A stretch of 64,000 bases of DNA from Octopus sinensis. Taxonomy: Eukaryota. The notes below the pieces were generated by a model that saw only the letters and a program-made list of their open reading frames with translations, did no database searches and had not been told where the DNA came from. The first letter of the stretch is position 1; the number at the start of each line of letters is the position of its first letter. A program made the translations under genes and the position numbers. Shown one piece after another: positions 26,400 through 40,499 of this stretch. Location of the stretch: assembly GCF_006345805.1 (NCBI RefSeq), contig NC_043002.1:99324001-99388000 (forward strand). Direction: 5' to 3'.

Positions 26400-26700
26400 T
26401 TTGTGTAAAGTGATTCTTCGTTGTCCGGTTTCACTTCGACTTGTCACATCACATCTGTACACCGACACTCTTCATAGCCCACTTAACAACGATTGTTTTC
26501 GTAGTCAACTTCACATTGACTATTTTTTTTACTGTTTGTTTACGTTGCTATCTTCCACACTCTGCCTTCTTTGACGCAACCGACTACACGCACCGCGTTC
26601 TTTACATCACCAACTTTAAGCTCCGCGCTTTTTAAATCATCATCTGATAATGCACGTTCCTTTACCAGTTCAAATCATTCACCTCACGGCAAAGACACAC
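26400..26700. promoter_or_regulatory. Possible promoter-like unique segment
   Basis: Non-repetitive and locally CpG-richer (gacgcaaccgactacacgcaccgcgttc...gctccgcgc), adjacent to a strong minus-strand donor site; inference only. Confidence 0.2.
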
Positions 26701-28338
26701 AAAATAAAGAAAAACCTGCTACATTCTTCTTAATTTTTTAGTTGTTTGATCTGAAGAAAATAATTTTGTCTTTGGAGAAATTCGCAGGTCTATGGAGTTT
26801 GATGATATTGACACAGTTAATTCCGTTGAATAGTGGCATGTTGATAGTTGCAGGAAAAACCTAGAAATGGATTTCTCTAACAATGACCATCTGGGGAGGA
26901 AAGACTGGCTGAAAGGCCTATTGCAAGGCGCAAGCTTATTAGATACAACATGAGTGAAGACAAATGATTTGCCAGTGCCTGTGTAGGAGTGGTATTGGAC
27001 CAGCTATATACTACTGCAGTAGTAGTAATAAAATCAGAATGATTAGACATTATGTCTGTGGACCAGGAATTAAAGTATGTTATTGAATGACTTCATTCCA
27101 AATCAGCTGAGCGGCTGTTTCAGGATGCGATCTCATTTTCTGATGTGCATGGGTATTACCAGTTCCAGCCTGTAAATATCATCTGAGTTTCATCGGATGT
27201 TAAATAATGGTTCGTGCTGCATAACTCAATAGAAATTCGGAAATATTTCATAATATACATGCAACTTCAGTAGCGTCGCTTTTGAAGAAAATGAGATAAG
27301 CAAGAAAATCTACATTTATGCTCGATTACATTTGTATGATATTGTAAAGCGACTGTTTGCAATGATGGAAGGTTCAGATGATGAATGAAATGTAATCTAT
27401 TAATATCTATATCGCTATCATTAATCAAACGGATATATTAATGAAATGAGAACAATATATTGCACACAGCTCAGTATACTTTAACACATTTGGTATATGT
27501 TGTATATTAGAGAATAACATATCCGATCAAACCTATTCGGATTTTGATGTTAATATAACATGAAAAATGATATAACGACAACTAACTATATTTCAAACAA
27601 TTCTATACACTTACATGACAAATTGTTTCCTATAATTATGTCATAAATTTCAGCTTCACCAAGTCCATACAACTTGATCTAGCTTCTTAGATTCCATATT
27701 CCTATTGTGTTTACGCATACCCAATTGACAGTGGTAAACTAACTAGAACCATTTAACATTACAGTTACTCTGCTGGAGAACATGGGAAGATATGTTTTGT
27801 TAATGATTATGTGCACTTTAAGATTCATCTTGCTATGATCAGACCGAAGCGTTTCCTATCTAATCATCGTTCCTTTACTCTCAGTTAATACAGCATAGAA
27901 AGAACTCCACTGGAGGCAGGATATAGAACTTCAGAGATCTTTTTAATGGTATGCATAGTAAAATATCTACAATCCAATTTCTCAAATACCCCACATTTCA
28001 TACTACGTTATGTTTTGAAAACCTCAATGTGGCCAAATGGCGAACTATAAATGGTTACAAAATCTCTCATAAATGAAACCCGATCACGATTCAAACAATC
28101 AATATATACGATAATGTAGATATATAGGTCATGTAGTGAAGAATTTTGCATTGCAACCGTGTGGACTCAAGTTCATTTCCACTGCACGGCGCCTCGGGTA
28201 AGTGCCTTCTCATATAGTCCTGGATCGACCAATGCCATGTGAGGGAATTTGGTTGACGAAAACTGTATCGAAGCTCGTCGAATATACACATACACTTATA
28301 TGTGTATGTGTATGCGCGTGTGTGTATGTGTATGTGCA

Positions 28339-28374
<36 letters not shown>

Positions 28375-29005
28375 TTTGTGTCTATCCTCTCGGTTGGACA
28401 GCCGTTGTTGATTTCTTTATACCTCCATACTGTAATCCAGTGGTTCTATAAAATCCCAAGCTTGAAATAAATACTTTAGTATATTTTATCGACCATTCCT
28501 ACAAAGCGGTGCTCCAGCATAATCACAGATCAATTACTGAAAGCAGGAAAAGCGTAAAAAAGTATACTTATTAAATATCTTCAGAGAGAAGTTTTGATCA
28601 AAGACATTCTGTGTCGCATCATTTCTGACTTACCAAATATTTCTGCAGACATTATTTAATATATGCTTATAGTATTTTGTGAAAATAATACGACTTGATA
28701 AGGGAGAAATATAGCTTGAAATTCTCTCCCGCAGATCGATTACGTACATTGCCCGTAACATGGTATAATATGAAATGTTTGGTTTGTAGATTTTTCTATA
28801 CCAATATTAAAACAAAACAGAATCCAAGTGGCTTATAACAGCTTTTATTAGAATCCACTCTACTCCATATTTCCAATTTAAGAATAACTTCCTCCACTCA
28901 CCTATCTCAGATACCTCGAAAAGGGTCTGAATAACTCATAAAAGCTTTGTTTTTTTTTAAGAGACGGTTGTTCAAGGGACAAACAGGCATACTAAAACAG
29001 TTTCA

Positions 29006-29209
29006 ATCTATGAAGAATGAAAACTAAAATCGACCCTACAGAGATTTGAACTGTAATCAAATGTTGCATATTTCCGATACTAACATTTCTGCCACATTTT
29101 TACTATGCATTCTACCACTTAAAAAAATCTCTGTTATAAGAAAGTTAATTAAAATACCCATTTAAATTTCAAATATTGCAGTAAATTACCAAGGAAATAT
29201 TAAAGATTT
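29006..29209 (+). repeat. ~200-bp direct repeat, copy 1
   Basis: atctatgaagaatg...gaccctacagagatttgaactg...taccaaggaaatattaaagattt is nearly identical to 32500-32702. Confidence 0.9.
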
Positions 29210-30647
29210 ATCAGACAGTTTATCAGACAGTTTATCTAAGACTGCATTTCCTATTGAAATAGGATTTGGTGGTGTGACTGGGGATATTTATGGCTACTCT
29301 TTATAGCATTTCGAATAATCGGGTTCAAGATCCTTCGTTGCAATGTGTGATTTTTGTTTCTGTTATTTAGGTTTGAGCTTTGTTGCATTTTAACACAAGG
29401 TCAGGTCTGGCACAACAATCTCATGATGAAAGTAATTAAAATCCTGATTATCAGGTTCTCCTTCTGAAGTACTTTTCACCTAGAACAACGTTATAGAACT
29501 AGTGCTTTCCATTTTAGTTTCAAGGCTATTTGGTTGCTATTTCTTATTGCTGATATTGGTGTTGTTTAACAATTCTGATTACTCAGACCTTTGATAAAGA
29601 GAATCCATTCTGTAACTATTCTGTCTTTTTATGTGACACGAGGCATACATTATTTACGTGATTCTTTTTAAGATGATTCATTAATTTAAAAGAAAATCAC
29701 ATGCTGTTTTTGAACTAGTTGTCATAGATACAATAATGGGGTTAGTTTTGTGGAATATAGTATGTTTAATAACCGACGCAGAATATTGCTAAAACCACGT
29801 CAAAATATATTTTAAATATCATAGAATATTTTGTTGCAATTTTATGTTACAAATTATTTTTATTGACAAAGTTTTCAGTCTAGCTTTTGGCGTTGAATTA
29901 ACTCTCTCTTAATATCCCTTCGTTTCTACTACTTAGATTCTCGCATAAATGTATAGAACTACATTGAGAAAATATCTGGAAATTATTTACTGATGTAAAT
30001 ATGTGTAATTTGATATTCATCAAATCTTTTCCACGTATTGAATTAACCTATCAAAAGCATCTTATTTTACCTTCATTGATATGTCTCTCAATATACTTTA
30101 ATGTATATATTTGTATATGTTTTTTTGGCTGTCTGCGTATTTGTTTTGATATAAAATTCTTTAGAAGTGCATAAAAGTGTGTGTACTACTCGTATTGCAT
30201 TAATGATGACTCGTTAATATTTCGTGAGGTGCTTTAGATACAGTAAAGCATTGTGTATTTTGTGGAGAGTAAGAGAGGAAAAAAAAGAGAGATAAGTGAC
30301 AGACAAGGAGGGGGAAGAGGATGAGATCGATCGTAATGATATGTTGATATAGAAAAGAATAAAAGTGGAACGCATTGTTAAACGTCACGCATTTTCAAAT
30401 ATACTTAGCAAATACTTGTAGTCTTATAGATAAAACTGGGCGAATAATTCTCATATATGGCTGGAACAAAAACCTTTTCTTATCAACTAGTAGTATAATA
30501 AATAGATAGGATAAATCTAAATTAAACAATTTAGTTCCAATGTTTTACATGGGTTTAGCATACGTTTCCATTCAAGCTGTAAAAAATGCACAGGATTTTT
30601 ATCCTGCCTACAAATTAAGTTATATGATGTTGCAATCTGATTAACAG

Positions 30648-30768
30648 GCGGAACAAATATTTGGTTTGGAAAGAATATCATTTGCATTGTACACTTTAGA
30701 TAATGATATCTGGGCGTACATTTACACTAGATTTTTGGATATCTATATAACCAAGAGGTTGTGGAACG
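30648..30768 (+). CDS. Candidate internal exon of an unidentified gene
   Basis: Acceptor ctgattaacAG and donor acg|GTATTT bound AEQIFGLERISFALYTLDNDIWAYIYTRFLDIYITKRLWN plus 1 nt; no homolog recognised. Confidence 0.28.
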
Positions 30769-31455
30769 GTATTTCTTTGATTATAAAACATATTATTCAA
30801 AGCTTTAAACAATCTAAACTTGAACGTCTTAAATATATGTTCATTTGATTTTCTTACATACAATGCTTTAAAATGTTAAGCTGTAATTCGATATGATGTC
30901 CTAAAGAGCTCCTAGCCAATGTGCACTAGTAATCTTTTGCTTGATCTCCAGTGTACCACGAATTCAGAACGAAACAATGCCAACCGTTCTAATCCAACAT
31001 GCAGACCCAGATAAAGAGACAGAATTGGGAATTCCTAGTATCCATATAATGTTACATAAAAGGGTCCTGGAATTTCTAGATAGACAGTTTTACATCTTTC
31101 CTCTTCCAATGTTATGGTCTCACTGTTGTCTTTTGATGTGCTAGAATTAGCTTGTACTTCCCTATAGTGCACTCTAAAAACTAAAGCAAAGAACACACTG
31201 GTCAATGTAGCCCTAAATAGTCAAAAAAATGGGAAGGTCAGCACTTGAATACTTTTGATAAGAGGTCTGCAGAATATGTGGCACTACGATTAACCGACAG
31301 CTCATTTTCTTCAACGAACCAAAACAAACAGAATGAGGGAATGTCTATCCGAATTTTAGAAATTATTATTATAATAAATGGATTGTTTCCTCACCCAAAT
31401 CCTTCCCAGAGATGAACACTCAAATATAGTCCCAGCTACCCAGTATAATGATATA

Positions 31456-31967
31456 TCTTATATATATAAAACTGTAGTTGTGTGAGTGTCTGTCCCCTTC
31501 GATTTAGATTCCTAACTACTCCCACATTTTGCGGTGCAGTTTAACTAAATTCGGGTATCTTATAGTCGTGATTCATATCGAGCCCGTCTGAGTATTAGCG
31601 CGCGTCTACGATGAGTCTACGATTTTAAAAATAATTTAACATCATTTTTTATTCCATTTTAATGCATAATTTTTCGTGTGTCGATGGCGGCGGAGTTGGC
31701 GTCCATGGTCACACCTGCTCCTGTTTGCTTCTCCCCTTCTTCCCTCCGTCGTGAAGCTGTGGGGAAGGGAGTCTAAGGAAATCAACGTCGTAAAGCGTTG
31801 TCAAGGAGACCAGCGTTCTTTTAAAACAACGACTTCATGGCTCGAAGACACCAAAACAGAAATGGCTAAGAAAGCTCGAATTGGCATCTATAAGGGAAGT
31901 AACTCTCTAAAAATGCTTATATAGTTATTTCCCTTACAAACCCGAGCAACGCCGGGCGATACTGCTA

Positions 31968-31968
<1 letters not shown>
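31456..31968 (+). mobile_element. Non-autonomous Helitron
   Basis: a|TCttatatatataaaac...cccgagcaacgccgggcgatactgCTAG|t. Confidence 0.88.
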
Positions 31969-32009
<41 letters not shown>

Positions 32010-32499
32010 TTCCAGGTTAATGGTCGGAGATATTTTCGGGAAAGATTTTGCAAAAGGCAACGTCGTCATTACTCATTCCAAACACTCATTCAAATCAATA
32101 GCCTTGACTATTATAGATGTCTTTCACTATCCCAGTTGGATTATTATATTTTTCATTTTTGCTTTTATGTTTTGAGTGCATACGACACGTACAGACTTGT
32201 AAAGATCGTAGCACATTACACATGCTAAGGAAATAAATTAATTTATCTTTAAACCATGCCTTCGTGATATTCCAAATAATTTCGTGAAATGTATGTCGGA
32301 AAATTAATATAGCATGTCCTCTTAATATTTAATCAATTAAGAACCACTAGAATTACAGATTTAGTTATTCTCTTTTAGACTTGAATGATTGCCTTAAACG
32401 TCAAAGTATTCTAAAATATTGATTCATAACGTTCATGCAAGGGATCAGAATTGTGAATTATATTAAGTCAAGTATTTCATTGGTTGTTTAATTTTTATC

Positions 32500-32702
32500 A
32501 TCTATGAAGAATGTAAACTAAAATCGACCCTACAGAGATTTGAACTGTAATCAAATGCTGCATATTTCGATACTAACACTTCTGCCACATTTTTACTATG
32601 CATTCTACCACTTAAAACAATCTCTGTTATAAGAAAGTTAATTAAAATACCCATTTAAATTTCAAATATTGCAGTAAATTACCAAGGAAATATTAAAGAT
32701 TT
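32500..32702 (+). repeat. ~200-bp direct repeat, copy 2
   Basis: Matches 29006-29209. Confidence 0.9.
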
Positions 32703-32844
32703 TACTCAATCGATATCTTTTAAGATATGAAGCTGTAATTATCAAACGTTTTGAAAATATTGTCGTCTACAATTAAATATATACATATATTTTCAACTTG
32801 CTACAATTTATTCACACATTCTACATTAGCAGTTTAGTATTTTT

Positions 32845-33266
32845 GTATCTTTTCGGTTTGAACGGCAGTTTTTTCTAGCGGTGTCATATGAAATTGTCAC
32901 CCATAATTATGACCCTAGTATCGATCTATTGCATTTCAATCTGTTTTAGGGTTAGGGCTAGGGGTGGGGGGGAAGGGTATATTTTTTTCTTCACAAATGT
33001 AAATAAACCCAATCTGTTTCTTAAGCGAGGGATATATTCATACGGCACAGAATGTTTTTTTTTACCTCAATAGACGTCATTGATTGCTTGAAATTGCAGA
33101 AATTGAATAAAAAACAACAACAAATATCTTACAAACTACAGAATTTTCTCAATAAGGCCAAGAGAAAAAGTTCTTTTATAAACACATTCTACCAGTATAC
33201 GAAGTTTAAAATGTTTTAGTTACCTAGAAATTATGTTAAAAACTGCCGTTCAAACCGAAAAGATCC
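32845..33266. mobile_element. Merlin-like MITE, second copy (inverted relative to 15753-16173)
   Basis: Same TIRs; 8-bp TSD gtattttt at 32837-32844 and 33267-33274; internal ttagggttagggctaggg. Confidence 0.8.
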
Positions 33267-33966
33267 GTATTTTTTGATATTTCAGAAGAAATCTTTTAAA
33301 GCATATTTGTCTGCCAAGATAAGAAAACAAGAAACACAATAGTATGACACTGCCGCCCCTTTAATTTACTTCTATTTTATCTAAAAATATGTCGTATTAA
33401 ACGTAGGATACTAACAGACAATCAATCAATCGACGAGTGAATATCTACCAATTTGTTTTTTAATACATTCATCTATGCTAAAAGGTCATAGTATCACGGT
33501 GATTATAGATACATAGATATATTCATAAAAAATCATTAGATGTTATGTATAGTAATGTGACGAATTACGTCCAAATATTTATGTACTTTAAAAAGTATTC
33601 AGTGTTAATTGCAATAATTGTATAATATCCCCTGAATACACGAAAATGTAGAACGTTTAGGTTGCAGGAGTTGAAAGTGAGTTGAGGCTTCCTTGTTTTT
33701 GCATGCTTGGTAGTACGGTTATTTAAAAAAATGCAGTTACTTTAATTGCATCAACATCTTTCCGTCTGTAATTTCAAGGTTTGCGATTTCACCAGATTAT
33801 TAATGGTGGAATACCGGGTTTTGGCAAAACGGTTTGATAGAATAAATACCGTAAAGGAATGTTGAAGCAAATTAAATAATGTTTTGTTTGAATAATTAGT
33901 TATTCAATAGTTAACAAATAAGATTCTATTTTGTCGTTTGGCAGCAATTTTTAGGCAGCAAATTTT

Positions 33967-34344
33967 GAAGCTTGCTGGCCACTTGTTTACGTTCTCGAGA
34001 AGAGGTTAATCACTGGAGTATAAGTATAACCTCTTGAGTTTTGCTGGTATACCGCAGTTTACAGTCCAAAATTCTACTGCTCTGTGTTATTTTCCTCTCA
34101 GGCCCCTAGAGTTTATTCAGGAGAGAATATTTCGCTGTTTCTTCGGACGGTCGAAATTGAAATGTGTCCTCACACAATGCGCCAGTTATAGTCTCACTGC
34201 TATTATCTTATGTCTCACAATATCCTTCATCATGGAGAAAATAAATCATCGATGAAGAATATTAACTGTCGTACCTTGTTTGATACTCTGACAATCAATC
34301 AGAATATTACTCGAAAATGAGCTATGTAAACGAAGAAAATAAAC
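33967..34344. repeat. Long inverted repeat, left arm
   Basis: Closely matches the reverse complement of 36906-37280; the paralogous track ORFs 34034-34255(+) and 36958-37206(-) share CYFPL.PLEFIQERIFRCFFGRSKLKC. Confidence 0.92.
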
Positions 34345-35869
34345 GTGTTAAAAAAGACGGAAAGGCTACATTACATTATATTCTTCTCGACATGCTTAAG
34401 AGCCCGGATATCACAATAAATATAATTTTATAAGAGGTTTTCTCAGGTTGCGTTCACCTGAGGCTAAAAAATAGAAACATCAACAGCAGTCCAGTGTTTC
34501 TACTAAGATTTAGTTCTATAATTTTCAATCCATAATATGTAAGTAAATTTTTTTGCTAGCCAAATAACTTTAGAGATGTTACATCTATGATGATTATTTG
34601 TTATTTGTTGTGATGATTATATGTGATTTTCACCAAAATTTTAAAACTAAAAAGATAAGCTTTCAGACTGAAGAAAGAAAGAAAGAACTAGACGTACTTT
34701 CACATAATACGAAACAAAAATAGTAAATTAATAGTTTAGTTTAGATTTGGTCGAGTTGATTTACTGAAAAAAAAAAAGGGTGTTCAAGAGAGAAGCCTCA
34801 AATGTTTCAACCGACCAGTGTCATGTACAAATACTAAGAAAAAGTAAAAATAAAAAAAAGAAAGAAAAATGCTGGCTCTAAAACACAAGGTTAGTTCCAG
34901 AGTGTGAAATCAATAATGCTTCTAGAACGAACGTCCTACACTTCTCAGAAAACTACGTAATTTCATGCTATGCAATACAGAAATGAAACATTCATTTCCA
35001 ATCGGATTCATGTAAATACAAACCATTAGTATGTTGCCAGCCAGGTCGGGTGTTCAACAGCATTAATATGTACAAATCTATGCAAACAAGTCAGACACTC
35101 AACTTTGATTTTCTCTCTTCTGTTTCCTAATAACCTGACAAAGGGTCAAAGAGAAAAATGTTATTACATGTTTATTGCAATTTTGTCGATAGTATTATAT
35201 ATGTGAATGTGTGGTTGTGTGTCTGTGTGTGAGTGTATGTGTATGTCTATCTATCTATCTCTATATATTTATACTCTTTTGCTTGTTTCAGTCATTTTGA
35301 CTGCGGGCATGCTGAAACACTGCCTTCAATCGAAACAATCGACCCAGGACGTATTATTTGTAAGCCTAATACTTATTCTATCTGTCTCCTTTGCCAAACT
35401 GCTAGGTTACGAGGTCATATACACTACAACATCGTTTGTCAAGGGATGGTATGGGGACAAACATAGACACAAACACACAAACATACACACACACACATGG
35501 CAGAATCGTTAGCACGCTGCATGAAATGCTTAGCAACGTTGTGAGTTCAAATTCCGACGAGGTCGACTCTGCCTTTCATTCTTTCGGGGTCGATAAATTA
35601 AGTACCAGTAAAACACTGGGGGCGATGTAATCGATTATCCCCATTCTCTTAATTTTCAGGCCTTGTGCCTATAGTAAAAAAGATATATATATAAATATAT
35701 ACATATACGACGGGCTTCTTTCAGATCCCGTCTACAAAATCCACTCACAAGGCTTTGGTCGATTCGAAGTTGCAGTAGAAGAGATTTGCCGAAGGTGCCG
35801 CGCAGTGGGACTGAACCCGGAACAATGTGGTTAGGAAGCAAGCTTCTTAGCACACAGCCCACTCCAGCG

Positions 35870-35904
<35 letters not shown>

Positions 35905-36905
35905 AGTAATGATTATGTAGGTAAAAATCTCCAGCCAAACGAACTTGGATTCAGTCCCACTGCTGGAGGTCCGGGTTAGTAGTCATTTGTATATATTTAT
36001 ATGTTCATATGTATGTGTTTTTGTGTCTGTGCTTGTCTCCCACTGAACACTTGACAGCCAATGAGGTTTGTTTGCGTCCTGGTACCTTAGATGTTTGGCA
36101 AAATAAATTGATAGAATAAGTACCAAGGTTAAAACAATTCCTGTAACATATTTTTAAGACTAAATCTCATGAAAGCCTAGCATGGCTGAGAAATGTAAAA
36201 GATAAAATCTATAGTTGTACATAAGTGCGTGTGCGTGTGTGTGTGTGGGGGGGGGGTGCCTGTGCCTGTGCATATGTGTCTGTATGTGCGTATGCGCGTG
36301 TGTGTTTGTAAATCTGTGCTTGTTACAAGCCTTTCTATTTCTAGCACCTATCGATTCCTCACGTATGAAATGTAGGTCCAACTTTCATAAAATAATTGTC
36401 CTGCGATATATCTGATATAATTCGGATGTACTTTTGCATTTCAACTCATAAATTATTTTGTTTTTTCCAATTATTTTATACTATTCTTACTTAGAGCTAT
36501 TTCTTATTTAGTTAGAAAAAAAAAGTGCATTTGAAAGAAAAACACAAAAGAAAACACTCATTCATTTTCAATTACTGTGGACACAACGAAATATAAATAT
36601 TTTTCTGATCTAGATTGTCATACTTCGAAAAGCTTTTAAAGAAATGCTTTAAAGAAATAAATATCAAATATATTCCGCCAGACATTCACTAATGTTTCAG
36701 TTGCTTGATTTAATAAATATTTAGGAAGACATCTCAGATTTCTCTGTATCTTGTTATTTATATTTTAACAAGAGAAGTGAAACAAATGAATATTTGTACT
36801 GGGCGATATGAGAACTGAATTAGAAATAACATAAAACTGTGAGCAAAATTACTAATGAAGCTTTCAGAATTTTCATTTAACAGTATTTGATGCTCTGTTA
36901 ATCTG

Positions 36906-37280
36906 GTTTATTTTCTTCGTTTATTTTCGGGTAATATTCTGATTGATTGCTAGAGTGTCAAAACAAGGTACGACAGTTAATATTCTTCATCGATGATTTA
37001 TTTTCTCCATGATGAAGGATATTGTAAACACATAAGATAATAGCAGTGAGACTATAACTGACGCATTGTGTGAGGAAACATTTCAATTTCGACCGCCCGA
37101 AGAAACAGCGAAATATTCTCTCCTGAATAAACTCTAGGGGCTTGAGAGGAAAATAACACAGACAGAGCAGTAGAATTTTGGATTGTAAACTGCGGTATAC
37201 CAGCAAAACTCAAGAGGTTATACTTATACTCCAGTGATTAACCTCTTCTCGAGAATGTAAACAAGTGGCCAGCAAGCTTC
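36906..37280. repeat. Long inverted repeat, right arm
   Basis: See 33967-34344. Confidence 0.92.
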
Positions 37281-37873
37281 ATTATTCTCTGAAAGATAAT
37301 GAACTGGATTTTAGAAAGCTAAATAGTTATCTGTTAGGATATAAAAGAGAATTTCAAAATCAAATATATGATTTTTATACATTTCTTTCCTCACATAAAT
37401 AACCGTATGCATATGAATAATTATTATTATACGCTGATAGATTTGGTCTAATGTCCTCAATTTCTAGTGAGTCACAAAGTTTCGGCAGTTGAGCCAATCA
37501 GCTACTGCTTCTGATGCTGTTGGCTCGCTCCGGTTCGAATAACTACAAAAATAGAATAATTAAGTGTTGTAAATAATACACTGACAGACTTAGAAGAACG
37601 TCCGATCAGATGCTGTGCAGTAGGAAGCGTGTTAGCCAGAATCATAGGAAGGTAGAGCAAATTAGTTTGCGGTACTCGTTTCGGCTCTATACTCACACCA
37701 TTTTTTACTTTTCTTCTGATAGGGTCGAGAACATGGGTGGGCAATCCGTGGGGGTGGAGTTACAGTATTGTTATATAAAAACAAAAATATTTATGTCTTT
37801 CGTCCGGACAAACACTAAATATTTTCAATATCTTTCCGTTTGTCTCGTCTCTAGCTCTCCCTCTCTCCCCCTC

Positions 37874-37914
<41 letters not shown>

Positions 37915-39109
37915 GAGAGAGAGGGAGAGAGAGATACAAATAAAGAAAAACAATAGATAGAGAAATGTACTGTCTCTAATGAGCTTACGCGCGTTTCGGA
38001 TGGGTTGGAATTTCAAAATGCTGAGATGAAGTAACCATTCATATTACTGGACCCCATATTTGATCGACAAAGCTCTAATAATATAGGGAAAAGTATACTT
38101 ACATCACACTGTATTGTATAAATTTGATAAGTATAGGATAGTTTTAAATTTCTTTATATTTGTAGAAAGTTAATGGATCAAATATGGGATCAATTAATAC
38201 GCATGTTTACTGCATCACAGAATGTTTAAATACCCATCTGAATCAAGTATGAGCGAATTAAAGGATATAAAATTCTTCATTCTTTTGTTTTCTTTTCTAT
38301 ACTCTGTGACCTGTTACTAAAATTATTTCCGTGATTGAAAAGTAATTTTAAGGCCGACATGGATTACAGTGGCTTTTATTGAAGAATTGTTTAATTAAGC
38401 AAGTTTGATACCTCACGTAGTGCTTATAAACTATTCACTTGGACTTTAAACCCATATTACACTTCACACACGCGCACACGTTTGCACGCGCACACACATA
38501 TGCTGTTGTCACTTATGTGTCGTACCCTACATAACTCAGGCTAACTGACACCAACAACCTGTTGCCTATACCATGTGGAGTATATAATTGAAGAACTAAC
38601 TGAAGCACAGACATGACAGGAACCGGCATAGAAGCTAGATATTCTAACATGTATAATTTCGGTTTTCTGGAATGTACAATGAATATATTTTAGCCTACAT
38701 TATTCAAATATTCTACCATGCATAATTCGAATATCTTGCGTACATAATTGAGATACTCTAGCCATGTAATTAACTTATATTATAAAATATAATTGCGATA
38801 ATTAACCTAATTGAGATATTAACCTACTATGCCTAAGATATTAACCTAATATACCTGTTCCTTGTGTCGAAAATCTTAATCTTACTTATTTTAGGCCCAT
38901 TTCGTCTTTATATGTTCAAGATGGAGGTCTGTCTTGAGCAACTAACTCTTACGTCTTTAACTATAATTAACAATTTCAGGTCTGAAGACGTCAGTGACGT
39001 CATGCGACATAAAAAAAGCACTTATTCACTCTAAGATTACTGTTATGTTGTTAACCATACGATGCATTCACGTTCATTTACCTGAATTAATACAGTGTAT
39101 TATTATAAA

Positions 39110-39502
39110 CTAGCAGTATCGCCCGGCGTTGCTCGGGTTTGTAAGGGAAATAACTATATAAGCATTTTTAGAGATGTAAAGTATAATAGCCATCTCAATA
39201 TGGCTAACCACAAAGGGGGGTGTTACTGTAGCTTTTTACGTTCTGAGATTTAATAATAAATTTTTAGAGAGTTACTTCCCTTATATATGCCAACAATGCA
39301 TTAAAAATGTGAACAATTGATTGTATTTTTTTTTAATCGTAGACTCATCGTAGACGCGCGCTAATACCCAGAAGGGCTCGGCATGAATCACGACTATAAG
39401 ATACCCGGTTTTGGTTAAACTGCACCGCAAAATGTTGGGAGTACATAGGAATCTATATCGTAGGAGACAGACAGCATACAACTTCACTTTTATATATAAA
39501 GA
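39110..39502 (-). mobile_element. Non-autonomous Helitron
   Basis: Minus strand starts TCtttatatataaaag and ends with the same hairpin+CTAG terminus as 31456-31968; the middle differs. Confidence 0.85.
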
Positions 39503-39752
39503 TATACAGACAGAGAAATAGGTAGGTAGGTAGGTAGGTAGGTAGGTAGGTAGGTAGGTCGGTCGGTCGGTCGGTCGGTAGGTAGGTAGGTAGGTAGAAA
39601 GCTAGACAGATATATTGATAGATAGATAGACAGACATGCATATTATTTCTTAAAAATTTATATTCAAAAATATCTATTTATTACGCACGAAGCATACTTT
39701 GTATTCTCGTAAAAAATATGCACAAGTAAAATATATTACCTTTTATATCATA

Positions 39753-40283
39753 CTAGCAGTATTGCCCGGCGTTGCTCGGGTTTGTAAGGGAAATAACTAT
39801 ATAAGCATTTTTAGAGAGTTATAGCAAAAAAATGCATTGAAAATGGAATAAAAAATGATGATAATTTTTTTTTTAAATCGTTGACTCAGTGTCTTCAAGC
39901 CATGAAGTCGTTGTTCTAAAAGAACGCTGGTTTCCTTAGCAACGCATTACGACGTTGATTTCTTTACACTCCCTTCCCCACAGCTTCACGAGGGAGGGAA
40001 GGGGGAGAAGCAAACAGGTGCAGCTGTGAGCGTGGACGCCAACTCCGCCGCTATCGACACACGATGCATTTTATGCATTAAAATGGAATAAAAAATGATG
40101 TTAAATTATTTTTAAAATCGTAGACTCATCGTTGACGCGCGCTAATAGTCAGACGGGCTCGATATGAATCACGACTATAAGATACCCGAATTTGGTTAAA
40201 CTGCACCGCAAAATGTCGGAGGAGTTAGGAATCTAAATCGAAGGGGACAGACACTCACACAACTAGAGTTTTATATATATAGA
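39753..40283 (-). mobile_element. Non-autonomous Helitron (same family as 31456-31968)
   Basis: Minus strand TCtatatatataaaac...cccgagcaacgccgggcaatactgCTAG; the body matches 31456-31968. Confidence 0.88.
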
Positions 40284-40499
40284 TTTACGGTCTTGCTATC
40301 ATTTAGTTGCACTGTATTTCATTTTTCATTTCGATACACACGTTTTACATCTAACAGAACATTTGGACTTATAAAAAAGAACATAGAAATAATTTCACGA
40401 CATTTTGTTCCACTGAGAATAATAAAATTGAATGTAGCGTTTTAAAAAAAAAGCAGGTAGTTAAAAGTGCATCGTTATAAATTCACAGCTTCTCTTCAT

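Noticed and set aside
38975-39005. Tandem CRE-like sites (gacgtcagtgacgtca)
   Set aside because: A short motif with no promoter context; could arise by chance.
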